Assembly: GCA_013265495.1 (NCBI GenBank)
Contig: MU058718.1
Span: 2,689,779 to 2,753,778 of the forward strand
DNA from: Vicugna vicugna
Taxonomy: Eukaryota
Length of the DNA: 64,000 nucleotides
Direction of reading: 5' to 3'
The translations under genes were made by a program, and so were the position numbers. How positions within the stretch are numbered: position 1 is the stretch's first letter; each line of letters begins with the position of its first letter. Below the pieces are notes generated by a model, which did no database searches, had not been told where the DNA came from, and saw only the letters and a program-made list of their open reading frames with translations. Below are positions 26,217 to 41,224 of the stretch, piece by piece.

Positions 26217-29200
26217 AGATAGAAAAAATGTAAGGGGACGAGTGTTCTCAGTGAGGGACTCAGAATAAGGGGAATGGGAATATGCATAGCACATCCTTGG
26301 GACTGTGAGGAGAGCCAGCTGGAAAGGTCTATTGGAACCATTTGGGAGAAATGAGAAGTAAGTTTGACATTTTTCTGTGGAGCCAATTTAAGGAGCATCC
26401 AATTAGTTAAAAGGCAATCATTTCACCCATGCTCTTGACCTTAGTTTCCTTTTGGGCTTACATCTACATTACTCATGATGTCAACAATGCCCTCTGTTAA
26501 AGGGCTTCCTTCCAGCTGACAGTGGTTCTCACCCCTCCTTAACAATCCACCCCCTTCCCGTCTATATGGGTGGGTTAATTTCTAGGAGCCATGATTGTGC
26601 AATGGGGTTCAATTCTAATGTCAGTGGACTGAAGCTGCAGGCAGCTCTTTCTTGGTAGAACAAATATACCATCTAGGAATATGGCAGTGAGACTAAAAGG
26701 GATTAAATGCATCTATCTCTTTCTTCGTAGTGTGACAAGTGACGCTGGGAGTCATGGGCAGCCATCCTGTGTCCACCACATGGAACAGACAGCTGAGAAA
26801 TCTATTCCTCTTGGGAAAAGAAAGAGGCAGACACACAGAGAGAAGCAGAGACATGTCACAGAGCACTTGCAGTGCCCATGGCCTTCCAGTTCTCACTTCC
26901 CCTGCTTACCCAGCCACATTTCTGCTCTTAGCTTCTGAGACGCCGTGTATCTTTTATAATCAATCCCTTCTTTCGGCTTAAGCTAGTTTGGGTTGGGTTC
27001 TATTATTAGAAACCCAGAGTCCTAATATAGTGATGAATAGATTTACTGAAGTCCTACTGTCCTTTGCTTTTATATGGGCTCTCTCGACTTGTGCTCGAAG
27101 GACAAGCTTTCTTTCACCAGCCTTTGCTCAACATCAGTGTATCTTGCTGTTTCATACATCTGAGTGCCACCATCTCCACGACCTCCCTCTGCCCCATCCC
27201 CAGTGCTGTTCCCAGCTTCCTTTGGTTTCTCTTTACATTATGCCCTTGAAAGAAATGCTAACAAAGAAACACAGAGAGGCTAGGAGTATCATTTATATAT
27301 GCCTGAGGCTTATGAACAGATAATGGGTTCATTAGCCCAAATCTCCCAGGATCTGTGATGCAAAGGGATAGGAAACAAGAAGGTTTAAAAATGAATATAC
27401 AATTCAGAGCCTCTCGTGGTAGGGCTACTCTAGGCAGCCCAAGATATTCTGGAGGCCCACCCTCTGCGTAAGGGACCCTCAACAGCTCCAGTGTCAGCTG
27501 TGCCCTGTTTCCCTTGCACCCTGTTGCCTCAGCTGCATTCGACTCTGCCACGTGGACATAAAGCCAATGCCATCTTTATAGCTTGAAGAGGTCACTACTC
27601 TTACTGGAAAATCACAAACCTGGGATCTTCAGAGAGAAGACTTTTCCATCAGACAGGATCATGCATAGAAAGTAGGTGGAGAAGCCTGAATAATCAGACG
27701 CCTTGAAGGGACTCCTAAGGGCAGATAACCAACTCTAAACTAGCTAGCTGGCAATTGTGCCAACAGTCACAGTTTTAACCAAGAGCTAGACTAAAAATAA
27801 TCTGACACTTCACCACAGCATGCCTGCCTGGCTCTGATGCGCAGAACAAATGTTGAAATACTGGCTGCTGCTGTATTTGTAACTATTTAAGGTCTAATGA
27901 CGTCAAGAGGAATTCAGAGATTTGAAAGTGACGATCACCTAGGAACGTAATCATGCGTTGTTTAGTTTACTAGGCTAACACTTTGTCTCTCTCATCATAG
28001 GGGTTTACTTGGTCTCTTCAGAAGTAGTATACGAAAGGAATCAGAATGAGGTGTTGGTTTCTTTCTGATGATATTTGGTAATTTGTGCTTTTTGGATATC
28101 TTACTTATGCTAATAATAGATCTTGTTCAGTTTTTTGGAACCCCCTGACTAGAATAGGAGATCTTTGAGAGAAGGAATCATGTCTACATCTTTATCCAGC
28201 TCTGTATCTCTAGGACCTCCCAAGGCCTGGCAATTTAGAAAACACTCAATGACATATCTATTAGAAAAAGAAATACAGGAACAACCAAAAATCAGCAAAA
28301 ATCTAACCTTATGATGAGGGTCTGGGCAAACTTCTTAAAAGATATAATTATTGAATCTTCTAAGAGTCATTGGAGTTGGAAAAGCAGAAGTGTAGAGAGG
28401 AGAAAAGAATGTTCCAGGTGTTCAAAATATCCATCAAGGGAACGAAAAGTGGTTCAATATGGCATTTGGGTGAGAAGAAGGAGATGAAGCTGAAAAGAGG
28501 GGCAGGGGCCACAAGGACCCTGCATACTCTGCTAGAGTCTGAATTTTATTTTCCAGGTGATGGGAATCATGAAAAGATCTCCAGGAGGAGAGGAACCTAA
28601 TGAGGTAGAAAGTTGTCTTTGGCAGCAACATGGAGGGTAACTGATGGAAGGGATGGAGATTGGGTTGAGATGGGGTTGTAGGGATCAGCTAAGTTCAGGT
28701 GAGAGGTGATGAAGGTCTGACTATGGCTGAAAAGGTCTGTTTTTGTCCTGTTCTTCCCACTGTCTGCTTTTCATCACCACCAACACCATCGCGTCCTCTT
28801 TCAGGATGCAGGCCTGGGGATGCTGAGTAGTAACAGAAAATGCCAACCAAAATAGTGCTTTATAAACACTTTTGTCTTCAGTGGGCCACCCAAAAGGCAA
28901 AGTGGCATTTTCCAAAAGGTCTATGGGCAGAACTACCCCCTATCAGAAAAAAAAAAAAAGAACTGAAAGATTCAATTTTGGGGCCACCTCACTTTTCTCA
29001 GCAGGTGCTGTGCCCACCTGCCACATCGTAAATTTTTTTAGCAAGGAAATACAAAAGAAGAGGCAAAGGGAAAAAAGGAGAAGAGGAAGGTAATAAAGGA
29101 GCAAGGCAGATGGTGAGGAGCCTTTATCTCATTCGTAAATAAAGAAGAAGAATTAAAGCTGTTACAAGAAGAGGACAAGCTGTTGACATTTTGTGGCCCA

Positions 29201-29349
29201 TTACCAGGACTCGAAATTTACAAAGGAGATTAGGGCTAGATGGAAAAATGTCTGTGGATATTTGCTCAGCTTACTCGTGAAGACTAGCTCACTCTTCATG
29301 TTCTAGCACAGACCTGACAGGAATTACAAGGAGCAAACCCCTTCCCATT

Positions 29350-29760
29350 GGACCATGGTTCTCAACTTCAGCTATACGTTGAAATTAACTGATAATTTTT
29401 AAAACATACTGATGCCTGAATCATACCCTAAGAGTTTCTAATTTAACTGGTCTACAGGGCTGTCTTAGAATTGGTCATTTTATAGAATCCCCTGGATGAT
29501 GTGAATGTACAGGTGGGCTGAGAACCATTGCTCAAAGGCGGGGGCCAGCCAAGTTTTTCTCTAAAAGGCCAGAGAGTAAAAATCTTAGGCTTTGTGGACT
29601 ACATGGTCTCCGCTGCAACTATTCCACCCTCTGTTGTAGTGTGAAAGTAGCTTTAGGCAGTATGTAAATGAATGGGCAGGGCTGTGTTCTAATAAAGCTT
29701 TATTGGCAAAAACAGGCAAGGGGCTGGATTTGGCTCCTGAGCCATAATTTATTGACCCTT
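29350..29760. mobile_element. Adjacent MER5-like (~29350-29530) and MER58-like (~29540-29760) hAT elements
   Basis: ggttctcaacttcagct...gctgagaaccattg; aggctttgtggact...gggctgtgttctaataaagctttatt. Confidence 0.65.
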
Positions 29761-30653
29761 GGAAGCACATTCCAAAGGATGGCTGGATTGTTCAGGTTGC
29801 TGAGTCAGGTATGGACAAAAAAGGAAAAATCTTCTAGTTTAAAAAAGGCAATTGGAAGAATGTTCTAAGTTCAGTAAAATGAAACATGTTTCTGAGTTGC
29901 ATTTCATAAAATGCTCAGGTCTTCTGGGGAAGTGAAGCTTTGCTAACTAACAAAAATTTATCATCATCCTGCAGTAGCTATCTGTTAGTAATGACATTGT
30001 GTGTGTCAATTTGCACTGAAAATCTGCCAACAAAGGCTTTGAATTTAAAGTCGTGGCTCAGAATGCTAGATCCAACTCAAGGCAAAGCTGTCAGGTTAGA
30101 TCTGGGGAGTAAGAGAAAGAAAGAAGTGAACTATGAACTTCCATTAACGCTGTATGCTGTTTGACTTCTCAGGAAGACCATGTGTGATTTCTGTGTTTTG
30201 AAGAAAAAAATCCAGTAAGGTACAAAGAAGAAAGAAAATAATAACCTGTAATGGTGGATAGAAGGATTAGACATGAAAGATAAGACATTAAAACTTAGAA
30301 CCTACATCAGGATAGAAAAAATTAAATCCAAATAAGAAGGTCAGAGAAATGAGCTGGTGGACTGCTTTTATGGGTTTTATGGGTTCTCCAAACCCCTTGG
30401 CTAGAATTCTACCACGAGCCTAAGTTTTGTTTTGAATTCTACATGGAGAACAAGTTTTAATTTATACTGTCATTTTATTCTGAAGAAATCCAGAAAAGGC
30501 AAAGACACATTAGAAAAAATGAACTTGTGCCTAATCATTAAGTTTCTCTCCCACCATCACTGGCCTCATCACTATCCAGAGAAGAGTAGTCAAATCATAG
30601 AAAGCTGCAAGTCATGCTCCTTACAATGGAGGCTAGATGTGCTGTGTGAGTTA

Positions 30654-30812
<159 letters not shown>

Positions 30813-33509
30813 TCAGAGAATTCACCAGCTGCCAAAGGTATAAGGTCATCCTCACTGGGGGATCCCAAAAGAGTGGCTGTAGTCAGGCCTGGCTCCTCCA
30901 GCCATCTACACCCCCAATTCAGCACTCAGTCTAGCGGCAGGCAGATCAGAAGATGTGGTTCACTTTTCCGACTCCCTACCTCTGTCCTTCCATGCCTTCT
31001 TCAAAGAAAAAAAATTTAAAAAAAAGAATGTTCACTGTATCACAATACGATGTGCCACCACCTTAAGAAAGCAAGTTATTCAATTTAACTTAATTTATGA
31101 GATAAGTTCAAAATGGTAACTGGGTGACAATGTGCATCATTTTAGTGTTGTTACGTATTCGGTACTGCTACTGTCAGATGCTGTGTTGAGTGCTCTCAGA
31201 GGATGAGGAATGAAAGGTGAGTAGAGGCAGGAATGGTAAACTATACAATCCTTCAGGACTCACGATCCTATATTTGCAATGTTTTCTTGATGGGCTCAAA
31301 TGCCGATTCTCTCGTTAACTGCAAGCATCTCAGTCTGTTATGCTGCAGAGACACTGCAATTGGAGGTGTGTCTCTTTTGTGTTGTTTATCCACCATCATT
31401 TTAAATGGTCCTTTCTTTCCACTTGATTTGAAATATGGCTAGATTCACAATCAATCACATTACTCATAATTCTTCAGGAACACTATAATGTCAAGGGGGA
31501 GGGACTGCTATGTCAAAACTGTTAATCACATCAATGAGTTCAACAGTGGTATTCTAAATTAAGTACAACAGACAAACTTTTATAAACATGGAAACAGAAC
31601 ATAAATGTTTAGAGAGGGGAGTTCTGTACCTGTGTAGATGGTGAGATGGTTTCTTTGTCTCTGGCTCTGCCAGAGTGGCTCTCACCCTTGCCCCCTACCC
31701 CTTCAAGTCCTATCACAATTTCATCTCTCTTTCAATGATTTCTTGATCCACCATCTCACTTTATTCCTGTTGTTCATCTCTGAAATTAGCTTATTTTATT
31801 TTCGGTGCCCATTTCCCCCACACTCTGACCAGGTCTTGATCTCTATGTCAAGGTGCCATATGCTATTTCAGGACCATCTGTGTGAATGTGTCCCTTGAGG
31901 TCACTGATGCCCAACAGTGAAGCAGCGTCTGAGAGCTGCAATTTAACTAGCGCGCATAACCAAAGAAACGAGAAGCATTAAACACTGCTTCAGTCAACAC
32001 CAGTCGAATCTTATTCTAAACACATTAGATTAAAAACCGTGACTTCTGCTAGCTTTGGGGAGTATTTTTATCTAGGGATAAAGTGGGATCAGGCTACCAT
32101 TTCAAAAAGGAAAGAGGGCATACAGAAAACCTGGGGAAGGAAGAATAACCCATAAGTTCAGTACATGGGTTTTTACTTATCTACTAAAATCAAGAAACAA
32201 TTTTAATTACCAAAAAAGCAAAAGTCTACAGATTATCTTCTTTGGTTCTTACTTCTTGATATCTAGTACTTTAAGACAAAGTAAGAAATTAGGCATAACT
32301 CTCTGTAAACAAAGAAGTCCCTTCTCAGAGACTTATTTTTTAAAAAATGCTGCAAAAGCCACCCAGCCCAACAGCATTTACAGTACAAATTGGGAGATAG
32401 TTAGCTATTTCCTCAATTTATTTTCAAAGGTTTTGGAGACAATAAAATGGGTAGGAAGATGGAAAGAATTTTGAAGCCACAAAGATCTCTGAATTCTACT
32501 TTCAAATGCTTGAAGATCAAGGGAGTGATCTTGAATGTAAAAACAAAAAAATAAAAGGAGGCTTTAACGACTATGATTTCATCAGCATGGTTAGAGACCC
32601 AGTTATCTCACCCCTACTGGTAAATTACATGCTCCCAAATAAAATGAACATCTAAGAGCCTCATAACACTTCACCAGGCCAAGATGGAGCACTGACTTCT
32701 CCAGTAGGGTAGCCTAACTCTTTCATTCATCCAAAGATAGAAGGAGCCATGATCTACAAGCCCCTGGACACTGTTCTGTGAAGTTAACGTTTCTTCCAAA
32801 CTACAGTTTATCACACTAAGATACAGACCATCACAGAATTACCAAATCCTCACCGGACCTGAGGGAGCTCTGGGAGTCTGGCCAGCTATTCTTCTGCCCT
32901 TGAATCTAAACCAGATCACACAGTAACCTGTGGCAGAGACCACAGCTTGCTTCTAGTACGCCTCCTTTTCATTAGTAATAACAATTTTTTTATTTTTAAC
33001 AGAGACCACAAGAACCCTGAAGTTTAGTTGGGTATATTTTGGTGAAAGATACATTCCCCAGCCTCCTTTCAGCATGATGTAGTTATATGACTACATCTTG
33101 GCCAATGAGATAAAAGCAGAAGTGTCCCTGAAGGCAAGGGATGGGCCTCTGCTTCCTCCTGCTACTGGCCTAGAAGGTATTCATGTTGACCACAGAGTTC
33201 CATCTTGAATCCTAGGCTACACTTCAGGATGGGCAGGAAGGAGCTGGGTCCTTACTGATACTGTAGAGCCACCATGCCAGCTGTGAACAGGCTACCATTT
33301 ATGTGAAGAAAAATAAGCACCTATCTTGTTTACACATGGTGTTTACACACCATGATCGAGGGCTTCTCTGCTTTTGGCTGACAGATCTGCCATTAACTTA
33401 CTAAATGACCCATTATTTTCACTTGAGTAGCTAGGAATGTCTAGGTCTTGATGCCTGTTTATGTTTCCTGGAGAAAGCTGTGGCTGTCCTGAGGGGGCTA
33501 AAATAGACT

Positions 33510-34570
33510 GTGTATGAGTTTTCTATTGCTGATGTAACACCTTACAACAAATTCAGTAGCTTAAGAAATATAAATTTGTTATCTTACAGTTCTGGAAGTT
33601 AAAAGTCTGAAATAGGTCTCACTGGGCTAAAATCGAGGTATTGGCAGGACTATTTACAATAGCCAGGACACGAAAGCAACCTAAATGTCCATCAGCAGAT
33701 GACTGGATAAAGAAGATGTGGTATATTTCTACAATGGAATACCACTCAGCCATAAAAAAGAATAAAATGATGCCATTTGCAGCAACATGGATGGTTCTGG
33801 AAATCATTATACTAAGTGAAGTAAGCCAGAAAAAGAAAGAAAGACACCATATGATATTACTCATATGTGGAATCTAAAAAAAAGGATACAAAGGAACTTG
33901 CTTACAAAATAGAGACAGACCCACAAACTTTTGGTTACCAATGGGGAAAGAGGGTGGGGAGGGATAAATTGGGAGTTCGGGATTTGCAGATACTAACTAC
34001 TATATATAAAAGAGATAAACAACAAGATCCTACTATATAGCATGAGGAACTATATTTAAAACTTTGTAATAGCCTATAATGAAAAAGAATATGAAAAGGA
34101 ATATATATGTTTATGTATAACTGAATCACTATGCTGTACACCAGAAATTAACACAACATTGTAAATCGACTATACTTCAATTCAGAAAAAAACAACACAG
34201 GCTGCATTCCTTCTGGAGGGCTAAGGGAGAATGGTTCCTTTCCTTTTCTAGCTTCTAAAGCTTGCCAACATTCCTTGGCTCTTGGCTTCTTCCTTTGTTT
34301 TCAAAGCCAACAAAGGTGAGTTGAGTTCTCACTCTGCATCACTCTGACATCTTCTGAAGTCACCTCTGACTCTCCTCTGCCTCCTTCTTCCATTTTAAGA
34401 ACCATTGTATCCATACTGGGCCCACCGTGATAATCTAGGATAATCTCTTGGGATCTTTAGGTCAGCTGATCAGCAATCTTAATTCTATTTAAAAACCTAA
34501 CTCCCCTTTACAGGTTTCAGATATGTGAATGTGGACAACTTTGGAGGTCTTTATTCTACCTATCATGGAA
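33510..34570 (-). mobile_element. MLT1D/E-type MaLR LTR interrupted by an L1 3' end
   Basis: atcttacagttctggaag...aaatcgaggtattggcagg resumes as gctgcattccttctggagg after the L1. Confidence 0.7.
33649..34195 (+). mobile_element. 5'-truncated cetartiodactyl-type L1 (end of ORF2 plus 3' UTR)
   Basis: LFTIARTRKQPKCPSADDWIKKMWYISTMEYHSAIKKN, followed by the 3' UTR and an A-rich tail. Confidence 0.88.
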
Positions 34571-34931
34571 GGGAACCTCTGTGCAGGCAGAGGAGGAAAG
34601 TGGGAAGGTTGGGTATTGAGATAGGAAAACAAGAGAGATGGGGCTGGAGGTAAGTCTAGAGATGCTGGGGAGAGAACACATAAAACCTAAATGGATTTAC
34701 AGAGAAAAGTAGATGTAGGCTTTGGTTTGCACTTCCAGTTTTAGGAAGATACATCCTGTATGTGTTTGGTTTTACCATATGACCCAACAAAGTCTAGTGC
34801 CACTTTTAGAATCACTTAATGCTTTGTCCTCTTTTTCACATCCAGCTGCTCTCCCATAAAAGCAATGAAGAAATCCCCTTCCTGAAAAGTGAAAGAACTG
34901 CGGAGTCCTAGACCAGTGTTCCAAAGAAGTA

Positions 34932-35715
34932 TGTGATACTGAGATTTATAAGAAATAGATATATTTGACCTATTTGTGGCACAGAGCTCCCAAGACCCTT
35001 GGAATCTCCTATAGTAAGACCAATAAAGGTCTTTGGTTATGTTAATGAGGTGACTTTTGGAAAGCCTGTAGGCAACGTGAAGATGGGGCTCTTTGCCAGG
35101 AACCAACCATGTGATTGAAGGGTTGGAACTTTTAGTACCCATCCCCCAACCCCAACCTCCTGGGAGGGAAGAAGGGCTGCAGGTTGAATCAATAGCCAGT
35201 GACCCATGATTTATTTAATTGTGACTACGTAATGAAGCCTCCATAAAAACCCAAAGGACAGGGTTTGGAGAGCTTCTAGGTGGGTGAAGGCATGGAGATG
35301 CTGGGAGAGTGGCCTGCCTAGAGAGGGTATGGGAACTCCGTGTCCCCTCTCCATACCCTGCCCTATGCATCTCTTCCACCAAGCTGTTTCTGAGTTAATC
35401 CTTCTAGAATAAACTGGTAATCTAGTAAGTGAAATATTTCTCTGAGTTCTGTAATAGTAAATTAATTGAAACCAAGGAGGAGGGCACGGGAACCTCTGAT
35501 TTATAGTCAGTCAGTCAAAAGTACACCTAACAACCTGGGCTTGCGACCAGGGTCTGAATTGTGTGTGCTGGTGGCGAGAAGGCAGTCTTGTAGGATCGAA
35601 CTCTTAACCTATGGAAACTGATGCTATCCCTAGATAGATTGTGTTGGTGTCAGAATTAAGTTAAATTATAGGACACCCAGCTAGTATCAGAGGATCGTCT
35701 GCTGGTGTGAAGGGA
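34932..35715 (+). mobile_element. MER21-like LTR; right boundary approximate
   Basis: tgtgatactgagatttataagaaat...ggcacagagctcccaagacccttggaat...aggacacccagctagt. Confidence 0.75.
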
Positions 35716-35719
35716 ACTG

Positions 35720-38700
35720 TCAGGAACCTTACTGAAATATGTATTTTCATAAAAAGAGACTATGGTAAGAAAAAGTTAGCTTATCTCCCAAGCTAGAAGC
35801 CTGTGGTTTGTGCTGGCTTCACAGTTGAGTTCACGGTTCTCATCAGACTAGCATCTGTTTAGACAAATACTGTTGTGAGTTCTGTAGGTAAAAACTGGGT
35901 GAGGTTTTCCTTTCGTTTTGTTTTATGTCCTGAGAGCATGATTTTGTGACCGTAAGAATAGCCTCTGGTTTCTGCCAGCCGGAGGGTGCAAGTAATAGCT
36001 TGCATTTGGTGGCCAGTTGAATACACTGGATTCCAAGACATGAAGTCACAAGCAGTGTTCTCTTTGTCCAACCGTGCCAGTTCTCAGGGAACTTTATCAT
36101 AAGGGGTCCTGGTCCATGAGAGGTCTTTGTTATCTCAGCCTTTATTGCCTTGTTAGTGCTGGAAAAGTCTCATTCTGTTAATGCATGCCTGGTGTCACAG
36201 ATTAGTATGTCCAGGACTGGAAGCACCTCAGATTCCCATGAGAGACCGGAGACACTTCACTACATTATTCTTGCTGCCTGTGACAACAAAGGTCTTTGCT
36301 TTCTTAGGCTAACTCTGGGAATGAACTTTCTGGATCTTGTGAGGGCTGTATCTTTTGCACTCTCCTTTGATTGCATCCATGATTATGCCATTAAAACGGC
36401 TTATTGGTTTGAGTTGCTATTGACATTAATATAAGTTCCTACCCAGACACTGGATCCTTTGAACTGGTCATATTTGAAAGAAAGAAATTTTTTACAAGAG
36501 CTCTCATCCTAAATGATTGTCTTACTGGTACTATGGAAAGACGAAATTAAAAAGAACACAAAGGAATATAATGGCTAGCCTTAGGGACTCTCTCAACAAG
36601 ATAAAAAAAAACAGACATTAGACTTAGAACAAAAATTAAAGACCACATCCAACATAAATTCCCCTTTAAAAAATCTGGCCTCATCTCCTCAGCAAATTTC
36701 CTCATCTCCCTAAACTCCACCTTCCACAGAAAATACCTTAAACACCCAGCTGCCTGTTTTAACTTTCCTTTCCCTACAAGATTTACAGAGCGCACGCACT
36801 CTGACCTCTAGGCCCCAGGTATATAGGTTACTACTCGTGTAAATGCTGAAAGCCAGAAGTAAATTTAACAGAAGCACCCGGGACAGGCAGGAAGCTTCTC
36901 TTGCCTGTCCCCTACAACTCCTTCTTTCCAGGGCTCTGGAATCAGGCTCTGCCAGCTTTCTATACAATGTCCTTTGCAGACACATCCTGGACCTCCCACA
37001 CAAAAATCCATATTCCCTAGAGAGCAACAATCTTTTAAATTGCAAAGCCCTTTTACCTCCTCTTTCAGAAGTTCCTACCAAATTTAAAGAGGAATTAAAA
37101 AGCTTAGTGGCTTTTTACAACCCTTCTCACAGAGGAAACAGACAACCAGAATTTCTTACAGGCCCTCCTATAAAATGGCCAGGAAATGGATCAGCTGGAG
37201 ACTAATGTTTAGCAAATATATTACATTATATATTAAATATTATATGTAATACTTGTGAATATAAGCAAAGGTAGAGGCTTTTCCACCTAAGGTAAATTGG
37301 TCTAAGGTTAAATTGTGTACTCAGAAAGGAGAACGTTCAAAGGCCTTTATTGAAAGCTTTATACAGACTTTTCAAAGGCATACTGCATTAAGCCCTGAAG
37401 CTCCAGAACACAGACATCTTTTAATTTCCTCCTTAATAGGAAAATTTCTCCTAAATTTAAGAAGGCAAATTCCAAATAGTGTGTCGGGGTAGATTAGTCA
37501 ACCAGCATTCTAATGGAAGCAGCTACCCAATTCTTTAAAGATAGCTTGCAGGACTGCAGGAGAAGAAAAGTAATTATAATTAATAATACTCGATTTGCAA
37601 CTTGAACCTTTAGAAAAACAAAAGCATAACTCTGAGAGAGACTCAAAGTCCACTCAGACCTTTTCCCATTTGCCTTCAGGAATTTGCAGATATTTTAAAA
37701 AATCAAAACATTGAAAGTATAATTGTCTTGAACTTTAAAAAAAAAAAGAAAAAAGAAAAAAATTCAATAGTAATTACCCCAGACTTCTAATAATAGACAA
37801 ATATACTCCAAAAGTCCTAGGAGAAAACTTATATTCTTTCTTTGTCCCTTGAAAATGTAAAGTGTTTGAAATGTAGACACTCCAGGAGGTAACTAAAATA
37901 CAGCCCACAACAGCCTGAGGCTGAAGAAAAAGGGGGGAAGGGAGGGAATTTAAAAATACACACTCCTTTAAAAGCTCCCTTGCCCAAATCTAGTCCTCAG
38001 TGTTCAGAAGATCACATGTCAAGGCCAAACACAAATTTTAAGTCTTCTGTCCAACATTAATAAAAAGCTTTAGCCACTTGAGAGGGTAGACTTAACCTGT
38101 TCTGACTGACAGGGATAGAATTTAAATTCAACTGTTATTTATAAACAAGTGAGTGTTCTTTTACTCTATTCATGGCTAAAATTTTCGAATGAAAGCTATA
38201 AAGTATAAATGTATGTGATGTCTGTGTGATATCTTTCTATGTCTGTATGGTATTGCCATACTTAAATTGTAAACAAGCTCTATTTAATTGGCTTAAACTT
38301 CAGTTCTTACGAATTAAGTTTAAATAATTCTTACGAATTAAGTTTAACTCAAATATAGAAACTAACCTAAATGTTTTCAAGTTCACATGATGTGGGATAA
38401 TCTTTGCTAAATAAGTGCTAGTTTAAGTTTGTTGGTTTAATTAAAATAGACATGTCTTCAGCATTATCAGCATTAAATATAATGCAGACAAGCAACTTTT
38501 AGTCTACTTGGGTAACTAGTCAAGTAAACTCATATTATCTGCATTGCAAAATTTGTAAATAAGAAAAATAAATTAAAATCATGGCTGGCTGCTTTGATGT
38601 CTCATGAAATTTTTATGAGTAATCTCGATATGACTGTTGGGAACAAGTGAATTAAATAAATGTTAGTAGCATAAAAATCTTCAAGCGAACTTTTCAATAA

Positions 38701-41220
38701 TAATTATATTTCATGATGTCTACTTAAATAGTTTCCCAAATCTCTCTGGTAACTTACACCCTTAGAGTTTTAAGTTAAATTAAATGATAGAAATTTATTG
38801 AATAGCTAGATAATTTCCAAATGAGATAAAACACAGAAACATTAATTAGTGAACAAAAGTTTACCCACTTCTGGCTTCTTATTACAGAGAAACTAAAGAT
38901 ATTTGGGTTTATTAGTAAGCATATAATGTACCACATTGAAAGATACAGTATGAAGGAACATGTTTCTAGAAATTATAAAATGTATTCATAAATTCGCCAA
39001 TCCAAATGCTGATATAACACACAGCTCATAACTGCTTACTTCTTGGTTTTTACTAGAAACTAATAAGGTTTCTAAGAATTAAAAATTCTAATTAATAAAT
39101 GTAATTGAAACTACTAGATATAATAAGAAAAAATATGTGCAGGGAAAGTAGGTTGTGTTTTGGGGTTAAAAAAAGGTATGAGGTATGAAGACACATTTTT
39201 GTTAAGAGAAATGAAAGTAATTTTGTTCTAAAGTAAGGCTGATTATTTCACAATGGGTAAAGGGGGGAACAAAGGACAAACTAAATGAAAATAGAAAGTT
39301 GGGAAGCAAAAGAGAAAGAGAGAATTTTACCTTGTATAATCAAGCTAGCTAAAATTGAATTGTTAATATAAGGGTTTTAAAAATAAGCTTTATTATCAGT
39401 AGTGTGCTTATGTAAAACTAAAACTTAATTTTCTTTCCTTTGCTAAAAGGGCAAGTTTTATTGAACATTTGGTCTGCTCCTGATAAGAGCTTATGAAAGG
39501 TTTTTCTTTACCTCTTAATAAAGTAATCTGCCTAGGAAGCAAAGATTTTATGTTGTACTAAAGTAATTTTCTGTGCTTCATGCTGTCTTTGTCAGGTCTT
39601 TGATTACCTGAGTCTTAATAATAAAAGCTAAGATTTGCTTAAAACTATGTAATCTTTTGTATTTGCCTTTAAAATCTTTTATCATTTTAATTAAATGGAT
39701 AATTAAATATTATTTCATAATTATCGATCCTATTTAGTCAAGTATCTAAACCCTTTGATATTTTTGACAAATTTCCCAAAATCAAATTCTGAATGAAGTC
39801 TTTTGACCTGGAAGTAACTTGGGATTTTCCAAAGGGTCCCTGACCTAGAATGTCACAAAAGATTTGTTCTCTCTACTTATTAAAAAAAAGGGGGGGGGGA
39901 GCAATGTTTAACTAATTAGGCTTAATTGATATGTTAAATTACATGGGAAGCATTGTCAAATAATAACTTAATACTTAGCCTTCTTTATGCTATATTTGTA
40001 TAGGTATATAAGTATTCCAAAAATTATTTGAAATTCCTGGAAATCTGATAAGTCTGGTATAATGTTATCACTAGTTATTATCTTAGAATGTATGTCACAG
40101 AAATAACCAAATTCCCTTGTGAATAGCATTGCCACAAGCTCTCATTAGATCTTTAACTCTGACCATTTTAAATTCTTTTGTCATTTACAGTTTATCATTT
40201 ACACTTTGATGGCGTTTACAAATGTGTTTCATCTTCAGAGAAATTCATGTGAAGGACTCTGAGAAGTACTATAGAATACAAGATTGTGATAACTTTCAGA
40301 TCATACCACTGAAATGGGTAGAGATTTACAGAACTCTAAGGAAAACTGGATTCATAAAACTGCTAACAAAAGATCAAGATCATCAAGAATTAATTACACG
40401 GGACTGAATGAAGAGGATGATTATAATTTTCATAACTTTTTGTTTGAAACATTGCTGATTCTGTACTGTTTTGTTTTTTTCCAGATTTAAGGAAAATTTC
40501 TTCCTATTTCTCTTAAGCTACCCATGACTTAGAACAATTTGGTATAGTACACTTTTTGAACAAAGATAAGACATTAACTTTTTCTCCCTACTTGATCCAC
40601 TGAGAATTCAGAAATTTTCAATTGAGTATTCTTATTTTCATGGCAATTTAATTATTTGCATAAGTTGTACAAGTAACTGTTCTCCTTGTAACAGGACACA
40701 ATTGGAAACACTGGTTATATTACCAAGGCTTTGACTGGAATGTCTTATTTAAGAGAGACATACGTAGGTTCAGATGTAAAACTAGAAAGCTTTAAGGAAC
40801 TAAGGTTGACTTTATGAGCCAATAAAGCTCTTTGGAAAAATCAGTCAACCCTGCTTACAGGGTTCCTGGCAGCCTTACCAGGTAAGGAAAGTCACTTCCT
40901 GGCGGGCCTGGGAACCTCAGGATATTTTTCAGACCTCAAAAAGAGAAAAACCCAGCAAAATCTATAGGTACTGCAGGCAAAATCTGATAGTAAATCCTCT
41001 GCCTGGCTTCCAAGCCTAGAGAGGCTTTTAAGAGTTTAATCTGAGATTCCTTATAAAAAGGTCCAGCAAAGCAAACTTTGCAAGAGTCCATATTGGTTAA
41101 TCACTATTCTAGCTGCATTTACGTAAATAATCAGGCCAACTTTACTGAAACTAGACTTAATTTGTGAACAGATTAGTCTCAGTGTGCCTATCTTTGATAG
41201 AAATGGAGGTAATTACAGAG
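35720..41220 (+). mobile_element. Decayed ERV internal region (MER4/MER21/MER34-group-like), gag remnant only
   Basis: Follows the LTR. Contains gag-like peptides at ~36950-37730, then long AT-rich non-coding sequence. No recognisable pol, env or 3' LTR. Confidence 0.7.
37277..37726 (+). pseudogene. Retroviral gag remnant (capsid major-homology-like region and degenerate CCHC knuckle)
   Basis: 37277-37492 reads AFPPKVNWSKVKLCTQKGERSKAFIESFIQTFQRHTALSPEAPEHRHLLISSLIG. 37685-37726 reads CRYFKKSKH*KYNC. Confidence 0.7.
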
Positions 41221-41224
41221 AAAA

